A stretch of DNA of 63,802 bases, the filler included, from Choristocarpus tenellus KU-1152 (taxonomy: Eukaryota > Protista > Phaeophyceae): assembly GCA_964200185.2 (NCBI GenBank). It is 10 parts of 10 records of this genome, joined end to end, with 100 filler letters (N's around TTAATTAATTAA, not from the genome) between each part and the next. Parts side by side here need not be neighbours in the genome. Positions count along the whole stretch, not along the records: positions 7,459 to 11,197 come from CAXNAD020018212.1; positions 11,298 to 35,350 come from CAXNAD020000227.1; positions 35,451 to 39,418 come from CAXNAD020016866.1; 7 more parts are not named here. One strand, 5' to 3'. Below are positions 10,701 to 36,470 of this stretch, piece after piece; position 1 is the first letter of the stretch; each line of letters opens with the position of its first letter. The notes below the pieces were generated by a model. That model had not been told where the DNA came from and made no database searches. It saw nothing but the letters and a program-made list of their open reading frames with translations. The position numbers and the translations under genes were made by a program.

Positions 10701-12482
10701 TGTTCAACATGCTTATCCTCACATACCAACAGATTACCATTCCCAGATCTAACAGGTTAATATCTACCTCCTCTATTCACAATGTACCTGTGTGCCCTGT
10801 GAATAGAGATACATAGCTCCATCTTGGGTACATACTTGTGGTAGGATTCCGACATGCTAAAAGTCGAATGACCCTCAACCCTCATCCCCATGCACGTTCC
10901 AACAGCTTTAAAACATAGAAAAAGAGAGACACAAGATATACCAAATATATATACCGCATATACATGGTATATACATATGGTATGCTGGAAGGTTATTGCA
11001 TCCCTTGTTACCTTTTTTCTCATCTATTTGTCTGGAGATACTGTGAGCTATACACACATGCATGTAACACATGCATATACACACACACACACATAAACAT
11101 AAACATACACAAGTACACACATGCACACATAACAAAAAAAACCCACCACACACAAACACCGAAAAAAAAAGCAAAAAACAAAAGACCAACATGTCCANNN
11201 NNNNNNNNNNNNNNNNNNNNNNNNNNNNNNNNNNNNNNNNNTTAATTAATTAANNNNNNNNNNNNNNNNNNNNNNNNNNNNNNNNNNNNNNNNNNNNCGG
11301 ACGCCCCCTCACAAATCACCCCCCCCTCACAAATGCTTTGACCCTTTGCTTGAATAGCATCCAGGAAGCACTTACGTATTGCATTGAGGAGTGAACATAG
11401 TTGTTGTTGTACACTCTTGCTGCAAATTTGGTTTCTAGGTTTTATCCTTCAGTGCTGAGGTGGAATTTTTACTCCTCACTATTGGTTATGCAAGCTGTTA
11501 TTGGCATGGTTCTTGTATTTTGGTGTATCTGTTCTAATCTCCCTATTGAAGTGGTTGCTTTGCAACAACACGACGGAATCGTTTTGAAATGGAAATTGTT
11601 CCAACTCCCAAGTTTGAGATCACTCATCCGAAAAGATTAGGACTTCTTCCAGTAAAATTCAGGTCAAGTTAGAAAACGGCAACATTAGAAGCACCCGAAA
11701 CTCTCAACTTTGAGGTGCTAAGATGCTATTATAATTTAGCAATTTTTTTTTATGTTGTCCAGGGAGGGAAAGTGTAGTACAAAGTATGTCCATGCCTCCA
11801 CATTCTTGGGGTGTTGGTTCACATATACAGGTTTCATTGTGAGATACCTGCAACAGAAATAGCGTGAAAGGCGTTGTTGCCAATGAAGAACTAACTTCAC
11901 ACACCGGACTAAAACAGTAGCGAGCTTGCTGCAACTGAGCACTACAATGCCCAAACGTTGCCTGCCAAAAAGGGTGTCTAGAATTGAAAGCAAGTACAGT
12001 TGCAACTTGAAGTGTCTGAAAAAAAACTACATCTACTTGAATATATCCAAAGCATACCCAAAGAGCACTAATTGAGTATTGAGATTCACCGAGCTACAAG
12101 GGCAAATGAGCCGTTATGCCTTCACACTTAGAATAAGTGATTTTAAAAAAATCCATCAACTTTCGATTTTTGATTGATTGCAATTTTACTGAACTGTAGC
12201 AATTCAGTCACTGTGATTCACAACAAATACTAGTTCATGCATGTGTATCCACGCATAGTCCATCTACCTCTTGGGTGCAGGGCACTCACTCGCTACCCTC
12301 TCCAACCTCCGCTTTAAATCCATTTCGAAAGCTCGTACTTTAAAGCAACTTGACAGCAGGAGGAGTATGTGTTCGCAGGGGATGTGGGTATTATGGCAAT
12401 AATAATAGCAGAGGTGCCCTTGCTGAAGCTGCTCCACCTCCCCAACTTTTGTTTTAAATCATACTTTTTTTTTGTTCTGCAG

Positions 12483-14191
12483 GTTAAGCTCTTTCTTCTG
12501 GAAGTCCCACCTTATCCAGTTACTCATCCAGGTGATGTTCGCATGTACCTACATGTCTGACATATATGCCTACTCAATTTGCAGTTCATGATCCCATTCC
12601 TGAACAGCTGCTTGAATCACAGAAACACTTCCTAGCAGATGAAGAGGCAAATTCCCTTACCATTGGTAGTTCTACATATCTGACTCAGCGTATGGTCCAA
12701 ATTACTATTAATATCGAATTGTTAAAAATATGTTTTTTTAAAGTATCACAACAACCGAGTGACCACCCACACCACCCCTCACCGGGCGCTCTTCTGACAC
12801 AGGTGCGCTTGACTGTAGAGGAGGACCTTGTGAACAGAAGCCTGCGTCGGGCAGTTTCGTACACCAAGAAGAGACGCAAGAAGCGTATATACACCCTAAC
12901 CAAACAGAAACTGAAGGATCAAGAGATGAAGGTTGAGGCGCTGAAACTACTGCTGAACTCATCTCAGTTTGGGATGGATAGGTAATTACAATTTTGAACT
13001 CATCTACTCTTTTCATGTTCAAGTAGTAAGAACTTGCCGCTTGTTGCTAGGAACTGACACAAGTTGAAGTTGCTTGCCTGTAGTTATATCACTGTAGTGC
13101 TACGTAGTGGCACTCAGCACTACTATTGTAGATGCATAATATAGCAAGAGTCCTCCCTACGGAAACTGAGAGGTGTCGCAGGTTACTACAGTAGATCGAT
13201 GTTGGTCCTCTGAACATGGCGGTAACCATGCAAGGTACTTCAGAGTCCTCTGACAAATGACAGCACTACAGGTTCTACCACAACTTTTATAGTTAGCTGC
13301 GGAATTTACAGTGTTTTGAAGACTTAATAGAGGTGCAACAGCTCCCCTCCCCTCCAGTGGTAACACCCTGGAACCTTTCAAAAGTCGTTCGAGAGTGTTG
13401 GTTCAGTTTGTTGCTATGATATCCCAATCACATTTCCTAGTTAAGCAAACTTTCAAAACCCTTCAGGTTTGTGACTTCCCTCTTATTTTCTAACTCGAGT
13501 TTGATCATTAGACACCGAGAGCCCTTTCCAACAAAAATAAAATAATTGTAGACTGGCTTCAACCACCATCACTAACAAAGTTTTCTATCCAACAACAGGC
13601 CTCGAAAGAAGCAAGAGGAGTCAGATGAGGACATTGGAGTAACTGCTAACATGGACAGTGGTTTGGTGGGATGGACAGAAAAATACGATAAGGTGACTGA
13701 CTAGTTCTAGTCTATTGCTCTCCTGCTGTCACTCAAACAAGTCTTGACCATTATTTCCACTATCAATAATACTGGACCAACAACTTTGGAACTATTAATA
13801 CTTTTGATACTAGTAATAAAAATTTTAAAAGACAAAAGCCCCCCCCCCCACCCTAACAAATCGGTGTTGCTAGTGTGAGCCCTATATCCAAAGGAACAAA
13901 AACAACTCGATCTATGGTCAATGGATCTTCAGTGAATCTCACACCAGTCTCAAGTTTGTGCATTTACCGGACTAGTACACCAATCGGAAATCGCGTAAAT
14001 GTCAACCAAAAGCCGATTCCCGGGAATGTTCCCTCTGTGAGCAGGTGTCAGGACGGAAAGTGTGGTGCAACACTCAAACAGGAGAGATCAGCACAACAAA
14101 GCCAGACAGCCGGACAGAGATGAAGAGAGTAGAGGAGGCATTGGAGGAAAAGAAGAAGCTCTTGATCTCCAAGAGGGCGCGCCGCGAATGA
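12483..14191 (+). CDS. Uncharacterised protein with C-terminal WW domain, 3' part (exons 12803-12981, 13599-13692, 14045-14191; probable exons 12483-12531 and from 12585)
   Basis: Phase-consistent GT-AG splicing yields GWTEKYDK|VSGRKVWCNTQTGEISTTKP, a WW-like module, followed by a charged helix and TGA at 14189-14191. The two upstream exons are less certain. Confidence 0.7.
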
Positions 14192-14696
14192 TAGTAGAAT
14201 GATCGTGGAGTTCTGACTCGGTCAATGCATGCATACATGGTGATGGAATCAAGGATTTCAAACTTAGAAAGTGATAGGTCAATGGCAAAACATTGACGGT
14301 AGTATACTCCATTACTCTAGCCTCCACAGGGAAAGGCAAGAAGAGATCATGGTTAAGGAAGTGCTCTACTAATTGCATCAAGTTCAATCAAAGTTATGTG
14401 CTCAAAATCAAACAAATAAGAGGCATACGTCACTCAACTGCACGCCTCTCCCCACCATCACACCCAGCTGTGCATATATATCAGGGCCATCAGAAGGCTA
14501 CGCGATTTTCGACACACAGCCCTCTAACACAGAACTGGACAGAGCATAACAGAGGCCCCTGTTCTATTCACGAGACACTGCCGTACACTTCTCAGTACTT
14601 CAAGTAGACAGTTACTGAAAACAACCAAGCGCAGTTCAAGGGAGAACTGTTGACCCTTTCTTTTTCTAGTCCTGCTTTGTACCTACGGTGATTTAA

Positions 14697-27129
<12,433 letters not shown>

Positions 27130-27425
27130 TTCGCCTACCGATCAGCCTTACGCATCGGATGTTGACCGAGTCCAATCCCAAGCCACCCTCCCACCAGTCT
27201 AGAGTCTCAGCGTAGAATCGAAACCTATGGTGACCAAAAATCTAGCATAGAATTGGGGGTGACCCCAAACAAACAAATGCCTTGGTCTGAGCGAGGGACT
27301 ACAAATATTCATTTATGAAACGCCTTTGAAGGTGGTTGTAAGAAGTTTCTCGTTAGGCAATTTTGTTACAAGAACTGCTTGTCCACAAGTGCAACTCACC
27401 AAAGTCACAGCTTGCGGGATAAACC
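27130..27425. promoter_or_regulatory. Probable bidirectional promoter region between CNOT11 and the CEP95-like gene
   Basis: Only 296 bp separate two divergent predicted start codons. No specific promoter motif is claimed. Confidence 0.6.
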
Positions 27426-30400
27426 ATGTCAGATATGAGTTCTGGTGCCTCACCTTCGCCTCCTGACTCGTCTCTAGATGAAGCTACGGAAGAAGGGTTC
27501 ATCTTGGTAGGTGCACAAAACGCATGAAAGGGACCGTTGATAATTCTAGGTCGTGACTTCGTAGCTGGTTCGCTTCCAGATGATACCCTATGCAATTACC
27601 ACTGACAATGCAGTTGACGAACGAAATATATATCATTTGGTTGAAGCTGTTTTTTACTTGCCCCACCAGTGATTGAGGGTTGCTATTTGGCATCATGACC
27701 ACACTATTGGACTCTTATCTCATTCAAGACACAACCCGCAAAGAGGTTGCACTGGTTTCACGACTCTGATGCTGCAACTCGTTGCCCACACCGACACCCA
27801 ATAAGGCGAGCATCAATACGCTATTGGGTCGTGTTGGAATATCAGCTAAACCGATCAACTCATTTGAGGAACTGCGTAAGAGTGCATCCAGCATGTTTGT
27901 GGCCATCTTCGAAGCAATGTTTCAGGTGTGCAATGAAGTATTTCCTGCGATGAGATGCTCCTCAGGCTGAGGTAAGCTGACACGTTTCTCGCCGTCAATT
28001 TTTATAGAGTTTTATAATCTCTTGAAGGTTCTTCGTGGATATGGTGGATTGTTGTGTGACACTCGATTCATGGCCTGTACTGTACGTCTTGTTGCTGGTA
28101 CCCTCAGGTTCGGCAGAAGGGCGTGGTGCGAAAGCCTGCACATGTACATAACTATGTGCACAATGCCCAGATGGTTATTGATGCACTGGCCAGTCCCATC
28201 CTCAACATGGATCTCTCGCACATTACTGGGGAGGCAATTGTTCGCGGTGATACGGTGGCCATAAGGCGAGGGTTGATGTCTTTGCACTTCAATCTAAACC
28301 TCTGGCGAGGTTCCTGGTTGATACTGCCAAATGTGAAGTGGTTGTTAAGACAATTTGGAGAGAAAATAAAACCTAAAAGGGTGGAGAAATGCAATGGTTT
28401 TGTTTGCCTATACCATGCAACCCAAGGAGTCTGTGCTCCCAAGTGGGTGCTGAAATTCTCTTTGCTGGCTTCTGTCAACACACTACCCAAATTTCTCACT
28501 TTCTTTCCGTTCTTGCTTTGCCACATGCAGGAATCTTGTTGACATCTTCATGGGCATAAGTGAAGTTGTGTTGAAAAGACAAGGTGGGTAGGAACTGGGA
28601 GGGAATAGATGAAAGAACCCTAACTCTGTCCTGAACAGTTAGGTTTCACTTTGAACAAAACTCTTCGGTTCTGGGGTGATTTGCTTGTGAATTCTTTCCT
28701 AAGCCAAAGGCAACTGCAGTCTGTATGATGCACAAGTTTATCATGCCAAAGTATCTGCGATTGTATTTCCTCTTTATTGCCTAATTTTTATCATGATGTT
28801 CGCCCGTGCCCACACCTCCATGCTCACCTGCACGCACTTCTCACAGCGCGCCCTGACAATGAACCTGCACCTAACAAGCTATGGGTTGGGTCACGCCGAC
28901 GGCTCAAAGCACGGCAAGGACAACATCAACGTGTTCAACACCACCAGGCACAGCAACCTAGCCGTGCCTCTGCTGCCCTACCAACACGTATGCGTTCCAA
29001 GCGCTCTGTCCAGGTACAACTGAAACAGATCACGAATGACACTTGTCGAAAGTTGGTACGGCATTACTCAAAGATCGCCCCGCATAAGACATTGCCCTGC
29101 TCACAGATAACCTTTTTTTTTTCATTGACCTACACCAACATCTATGTAACAACACCTGAACAATTCCCACGGATTCTTTTCCCAAAACTTCATACTCGCA
29201 CCAGTCTACGATCTTGCCCCCACCCAAGACCCGAGGAGCTGGCACTCCTAGGGGTAGACGAACACAGGCCTTTGCTCACAACCGCCAGGCACCCCAACTG
29301 GTACCTCGAAATATTGACATAGAGAGTCGGATGGATGAAGAAGAGAAGAGGGGACCTGTCATGGGAGAGAGCGAGGGGGGCGATGACCCAGGCTCATTTG
29401 TGCAGGAGTTGTTGGTCTCTCCTGGTAGTGAGAGCGTTGGGCAAAAACTTACGGCACAGAATATTCTGGAAGCGCATGGGATGTTGGACGAGAGGGATTA
29501 TGAGGTGGAAGGACCCCTGAGGGAGGCAGATCTAGAACGTGTGCCGGGGATGACAAGACAGGCGAGTGTGCTTTTGGACCTGCCCTCACAAGAAGAAAAA
29601 ATCAACATGCAACAGCTACGGGGGATGCACTGGTCAGAAGGTTCTTTGTGCCTGTTGACAGACATAGGGGCCGGCCCCCTTTTTATTGAATGTATTGTCG
29701 CAACTCTATTCAGCATCCGATGGTGTCGTTGTGACCTCGATGCTTCCTTTGTGATTTTTACTGCTTGCTGTGTGGAATGTCGAGTCCCGCAGGAAATGAA
29801 GCGTGAAGAGGATCGGGAGATGAAGTATAGGTTGTTCTACCAGAGAGTGCTCAAGGAGCGCCTTGTGGCGCTACGAAAGGTGCCCTCCCTGACTACAAGA
29901 TGTGTAGACTTGACAACAGTAGATTTTGAATCACTCGCACACCGATGATGGGCACAATTGGCTTAGTTGTTTGAAGTAATAAATCGCCTAGTGTCCGTGA
30001 CGGGGTTTTTTTTTTTATTCTGTCCATTCCCATCAAACTGGAGTAGCCTAAGATCTCAATTTCACCATTTTGTTTTTGTTTTTTTCTCTCTTTTCGCAGG
30101 ATCATGCATACACAGATGTTGCTGCAATATTTGAAATCCCTCGATGTTTTGATCTGTAACACCCTCAGCACAAGAACATCTTACTTGAAGCCGTGTTGCC
30201 TACTCCGTATAGTATAGAACTCGTGTATCTCTGTCTGACCCCTTACGCCACCTCTGCAGCGAGAGCTGGCTGATGCCCGGAAGCAACACTTTGCCCACAA
30301 CAACGCCAAGCACCTTGCAAGGGTTCGCCAGGTGAGAGTTGGGACTTTGGCTGACACAGATACAAGACCCCCCGGATCCACGGTGCTCAACATGGGCAAT

Positions 30401-31472
30401 AATACCTCTTTCATCATTTTTTTTTTATTTGCTCTCGAAATCTATCTGCATGCAGATAGGGCACTAGTGGTTTTGTGAGAATAAGTTCTGCATGTGTACA
30501 TGCTCCCTTCCCCGCTGCGAGCAGCTTCTTTCCATTGTTCTTGGCAATCGCAAGGAAGACTGTGACACGCTACTACTGGCGATGGCAGCGAGGGTCGATT
30601 GGAGACGAGCAGATGGGGTTAGGGCAACGTCTGAATGAAACGGAAATTGTTTGTTTGTTTATTTGTTTGTTTTTGTAATGGTGTTTGGTCGATCTGACCT
30701 CGAGGACACGACTTTCTTTCCCGTGAAAGATCAAGAAGGAGCGCATGCAGGAGAAGCTACGCCTGGGTCGGATGCTCCAGCAGACACGCCAGCAACAGGA
30801 GGGCCAATATCGGATCAATCACCTTCACAAGAAGATACTGACTGCCCTGCACAGGCAACGGAGGGTGCGTTGGTTCACATCACTGCTCAACTGTTGAGCT
30901 GGACAACTAGTGTTACAACAACCTCTTCCTTCGCTCTTTGTTTTCCGCCATCACACACGCAAGACGGTGCCTGGGGACACACACTTCTGGTGTGCTCAAG
31001 GCATCCCATACATGGTGTCTTGTGTGTATGTGTGTGTGTGTTTTTTTTGTTTGTTTTTTAGTCAGTCTGTATCTGTGACACTTCCACGTGCTGGTTCTGC
31101 TCGTGTCCAGGAGGATGACCGTGAGGACGCTGCACGACTCAAGGCTCTTCATCTAGCCTGGCAGGGGCAAGGAGATGACATGGAGAACTTGTGAGTCTAG
31201 CTCTTTTTTGTTTGTTTGTTATTGTTGTTCTGTTTGTTTGTGTGTGTGTGTGTTTTTTAGCACATACTGTTGTGACATAAACACAAACTGAAAACGGAAA
31301 TATTTAGAGAGTACTTTTTTCAGCTTTTTCTGACCTTGTTTTTTTTGTTTGGGGGGGGGGTGGGGGGGGGGGGGGCGGCAACCTTGTCACAGCTTCAATG
31401 AGCGAGGTGGGATGATCNNNNNNNNNNTGGTGGTGGTTTGTTGTTTGTTGTTGGGTGGGGGGTGTGGTTGGT

Positions 31473-31504
<32 letters not shown>

Positions 31505-32749
31505 GGCGGCAACCTTGTCACAGCTTCAATGAGCGAGTTGGGATGATCATGGAACATGAACAGACCTCAGCCCGGGAGCGTGCTCAGGCCATGGCATCGG
31601 AGGAGCACAACCTATTGCAGCTGTTCAGGCAGGCAGAGAAAGACTACGAGGCACGCCTGTCTAATCAGGTGCTTTTAAAATGTATCTTGTGTGTGCCTCT
31701 ATCTCATCTACTCCGCTGGAAGTGCGCTTGTTTGTGTTGATGATTGTTTGGAGTACACTGGGTCGTTGTGCTCGGTCTGAGTAATAGAAGGAACATGTCC
31801 TCGCTGTGCCAAAAAAAAAAAACTGATTTCAGACATTTCATGTATCAACGACGAAAGGAATAGCCCGCCCCCTATCCCCCCAAGCATTGGAAGCGTCCTC
31901 TAACACAATCTGGCCTTCACGTAACTCGAACAGTTGCAAAGAGAGGCCATGGAGGATGCTGCTCACCAGGTACAAAAGGCAGAGGTCTATCGGGCCTGCA
32001 GTGAGCTCCTCGGCCTTGAGGACTGGTCATGTGCCAGCCGAGACCGCTTTCTCAGTGCCCGCTCCAATTCTGCCTTTGAACGACGGCTGAAGCAGGTGAG
32101 TCTGTGTAACGTGGATCTCAGGTGTTTATATGGATTGGTATTCTCGGGTCAGCGATGGGAATTCGAGGACATTTGGGAGTGGAAGTATCACGTCTCAGAA
32201 AACTCCATACTCAACACTATGAAACAGTGTTCGCCTTGAACATCCGCTCTTATCTAGCCTACACTTGTCTGTTACCCGTGACAGCATTAGTAATGTTTTG
32301 CTCTATAGTGTCCAATACAAGGACAGGGTTGGGGGAAAAGTTGCTCTGTAGCACCCGTTGTCCGTATAACACCCAATTGCATTTTCTGTAACACCCATTG
32401 TCTAACGCAAGGCCTGGGACACAAACATCGGTTGTCAGGGATGACATTTGGCACCTTTTGCTCGATAACGCCTGCTGTCCCAAACGACAATATTATCTGG
32501 GGCTATATTATTATATTATTATTATCAGCCCACTCTTTTTTTTTGCACTGATTGGTTTAGTGATTTACAGGAGAGAGAGAGGGGTATATAGAAAAAAATA
32601 AAGGAATTAAATGCAGGAAGAAGTATTGCATTGAGGGGAAGTTATTCATCTGTTGTACTCGGTCATACTGTCCGCCTTCCAATAGTTACTTAGGATGATT
32701 TTCTCTGGAGTCTCTGTTCATTGTCCAGGCAATACGTTATCGTGCCTGA
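27426..32749 (+). CDS. CEP95: CEP95 (CCDC45)-like protein: N-terminal DUF5745-type domain plus coiled coil, 12 exons, about 450 aa
   Basis: Exons 27426-27506, 27806-27925, 28108-28265, 28531-28583, 29323-29561, 29793-29879, 30260-30331, 30730-30864, 31111-31190, 31524-31668, 31934-32095, 32729-32749 are phase-consistent (1353 nt). Motif HNAQMVIDALA...DLSHITGEAIVRGD..AIRNLVDIF matches the CEP95 N-terminus as I recall it. The last exon and two GC donors are tentative. Confidence 0.82.
31418..31427. other. 10-N scaffold gap with duplicated flanks
   Basis: A poly-G run plus GCGGCAACCTTGTCACAGCTTCAATGAGCGAG.TGGGATGATC occurs on both sides of the gap, indicating an unmerged overlap. Confidence 0.85.
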
Positions 32750-35158
32750 ACCTAGTGAAATGTGAAGTTGGGTTCAAAAAGAAAGCATTTCATTTTCCAA
32801 GATGCGATGAGTGCATGCATGCCTGAGACGGTCACTGCTCTTTCAACCAAGTACTGTTAATTTCACTCCAGGCTGGAGTACACACAACCAAAACACAATA
32901 GTACTTGATCAAGATGGCATGTAACTCTTCTTGAAATTAGTCCTTCACAGATAAAAGGCAATTGATGCAAAACTATGTTATGCATGTCAGGGAGACAACC
33001 CACTTGGAGTTGTCTCATCGATAGGTAAATATTCACCAGAGAGACATGGTCCTACTACCTTGGTACAACAGTCCCTGTAGATGCTTCATAAGCTGTGAGG
33101 GGTCCCTTCTCCTTGCACATTTGATGCAGAGGTTGGTTGTGGAGTTGTGACATAGTGAAGCACTTTCGTTCTGAACCGAAACTTCCCATGGTAAAATTAA
33201 ATCAGGTAGGAAGTTTTTATCACCCCAATGAAACTGTCAGTATTGAGTAGAAAATTGCGCCGTGTGTGGCAGGTCTGTCAGGTGGCGAGAGCCCCACCGG
33301 AGGCGCAAGAAATTGACTTACTACTTTCTTCTACATGCTCTTTCTCCATTGAGCGAAGCGTTATCTTTTGTAATGTCTGAGGTGGACCGTTAATTACTCC
33401 TGTTTTGTCCCAGGGTGGCTGAAGAGTACATAGATGAGAGGTTGGTTGACTACAAAAATTGAAGATGGATTTTTATTGTGATTTTATTCAAAAAAAAAAT
33501 GGTTCTCAAAGAAGTCTTGGATACGTACATACAAGAAACACAACCAAAGGAGATATACATATATATGTATATATATATATGTAATGCTTACAACACCACA
33601 AACAGTACAACAAACGACCCAGAATCAAGATATTATTAATAATATTACGAAAAAAAATAATGAAATGGCTGCCGAACATAATAAAAAATATATGAACCTT
33701 AAAATGTTTTTGGTTGCGATCTCTGCTACTTCTCAATTAACGGAACTGGACCGGTTTAACTTATTGCAGTTCTCAACATTATGAAAAACGACATCGGTCA
33801 GAGTTGGAAACAAGATTGATGGATGTATTTGATCTCCACTGAGTGGTATTCTCAAACGTGAGGAAGTGTCGATGAAGCAGTAATCCAAGAAGAGGCTTTC
33901 TACCCATGCTTTTATTCCTAACAATATCCCAACCGTGTTGTCTACCTTGTATAGCGCTGTCCTTTAGTAGTGCTGAAACCAACATTGATTGGCGTTTTCC
34001 CATCATCACTCTTTGTTTTATTTGCTTTGTGTTGCTTGCTGCAACAGGTGCGGACATCAGCAGACGTGGCTCGGGCACGCCTCAACAATGAGAAGAAGAT
34101 TAGAAACCTAAACAAGGCATATGGACAACACTTCTAGCCTTGACGCATGATACTCAAGCTGAGTTGTCTAAAGTGAAGCGTTCCCGCTGCCTAGGTCTTG
34201 ACATGATAATCAGTTTGATACTATAGAGGAAGGCTTTGACCCTTTGGTGGTTCGCGGGGGGCACTCAATATGTGACTCTGAGGTGATTTACTTTGCGCTC
34301 ATTGTTAACTTTTTTTTTTCTCCTGTGAAGACAAGCAAGACAGTGGTCAGTTTCTTGTACATTGTGTATTTGCTCCAAGTAGGGTACTAGTTTTTCGACC
34401 CCACATCTCAATTTTTGACCAAGGTCCTCAACTCTATGGATGATGTCGGTGTCAGTAGTTATTACCCAAGAGCATTAGAGTGTGAACATGATGATAAATG
34501 TGATAATGGTCATTATGCATTTTGGTGAAGTGTTACTCTCTGCAATGCTCTTCCTTTGTACTCTACTGTAATGCTGGTTGGAAGTAGTGCATTTCCTGTG
34601 TGTAGGGAAAAGGCAACAGCAGATGCGCTATAGGGTCAACAACATGTTGTACTAGTTCTTCAAGTATAGATATTGTGAGAGGTTCAAAGCGTTGTATAGG
34701 AACTCCCATTCTGATGGACAGACTATGGCATCATAAATAAATGTTGTCTGGATTTTCTCAATCCCCAAGGGAGGCACTCAACAACATACCACACCCAATA
34801 TTTGATGTTTCACTCTCATTCCAGAGGACAACTCTAGTGTTAAAAACATCATATTAACTCTTTGGCACTGATACTCTGTAATTGTGTACATATGATTTTG
34901 TCTCTTCTATAAATCTGTTTTGTACTTGCTACCTTTCTGAAAACGGGTTCATAAAGATTGGACAATAAATTTAATTACTTGATAATACAATTGTATACTT
35001 CTCATGTTCAGCATCAGTTCAAAGAGTCTGCAGGACAGAAAAATTCTTCACCTGGAAGGCGTTTCTTACAGCTTAGCAACAGTTGGAGTAAAATTGGTTA
35101 GACTAAGTCGGGTTCTGCTGAGATTTGAGGGTAACCTCATAGTTTTTCCAAGATCCTA

Positions 35159-35350
35159 GCTCAAAGTATCTGGGGAGGGTGGCGGCTGTCCATTTGGGGT
35201 CAATTTTTTCATGTCGCGATGATTTGGTTGCATACATCGGATGGGTAATGCAAATGCATTTTTCCTGGTTATGGCGCAAATGGACACCACGGGGTAGACA
35301 CGCACACTGAGAGAGCTTGAATCTCGCCAACAAAACAATGGCAGCCCAAA
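35159..35350. mobile_element. End of a MITE-related element running into the contig break
   Basis: GCTCAAAGTATCTGGGGAGGGTGGCGGCTGTCCATTTGGGGTCAA shares both the TIR core and the GTCCATTTGGGG subterminal block with the 260-bp MITE. Confidence 0.65.
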
Positions 35351-36470
35351 NNNNNNNNNNNNNNNNNNNNNNNNNNNNNNNNNNNNNNNNNNNNTTAATT
35401 AATTAANNNNNNNNNNNNNNNNNNNNNNNNNNNNNNNNNNNNNNNNNNNNGAGGGGTACTACGAATGAGCAGCAAAATTAAATACAAAAAACATATCGGC
35501 ACTTTTTCCGCACCATTTTCGGTCAAAACCGTCCTCAATAGTACACTCCATCCTCCATTTTTAAAATCCACTGTTTTTTGTCGAAATTGACATGGATGAG
35601 ATGTATATGCCCCTCTGACAGGGGTGCGGAGGTTTGTTTGATACAACCTCGTATACTTCGGCTGAGAAAAGTGTGTGTTCTTGTCAGGTTTATGGTTGTA
35701 GTACATTTGCATGATGTGATGGTTCGGACTTGAGCTCATTACTGCAATGCTCTTTAGATAACTGGTGACCAGTCATATTTGTTTGAGGTTGGGAGGGTGT
35801 TTGTATAGACTCTTCTAGCTGAATCTAAGTACACGATCAATACCATGTAAAATTGTAGAGCCAGATTACAACAATTTTTTTATTGATTGGTAAACCTAGA
35901 AGTGTTTGACTATTAAGAACACACTATGAAACAGGATTGATGGATTGACGATAGGAAATACTTTTGATATTTAACGATATTGGCATGCCTCACCTTGTCC
36001 TTATGAATCGCTATAGACCAAGTAAGATACCAGTGTCTGATTATAAAAACGCTCAAAAAGCAATCCAAATTTTATCGGATCTAAATCAGTTACTTGTATC
36101 CGACTCATTTTTTTCTCATGTCTAACACTCAACATTATATTTTGAAATTACCTTTAAGGCATCTGATACACACTACTCGATACAATTTTTTTCTTATCAA
36201 GTTTTAGATGACCTCTCATGTTTCTTATAGCGATACCAATAACTTCGCCCTACGCAGTTGTTTGGCCATTACTTTTGATGCAGACATCGGATTTAAAAAA
36301 TAAAAGCAAATTTGTGATGCCCGTCACAAGGCCCTCCAGAGTACGGGTTCCTGGTTTTTTTTTCACGATTTTGTTTTTGAGAAAGAGCGCTCATATTGGG
36401 GTTCGAACCATGGATTGTAGGTCACCCACCAAGAGTGGCAACAGATGCACTAATACTTGACTAAAGTATA

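Noticed and set aside
28777-29322. 181-aa ORF as a separate gene
   Set aside because: It lies in an intron of the phase-consistent CEP95-like model and has no recognisable motif.
31350-31548. Real exon duplication in the CEP95-like gene
   Set aside because: The two copies flank a 10-N gap next to poly-G runs, typical of an unmerged contig overlap.
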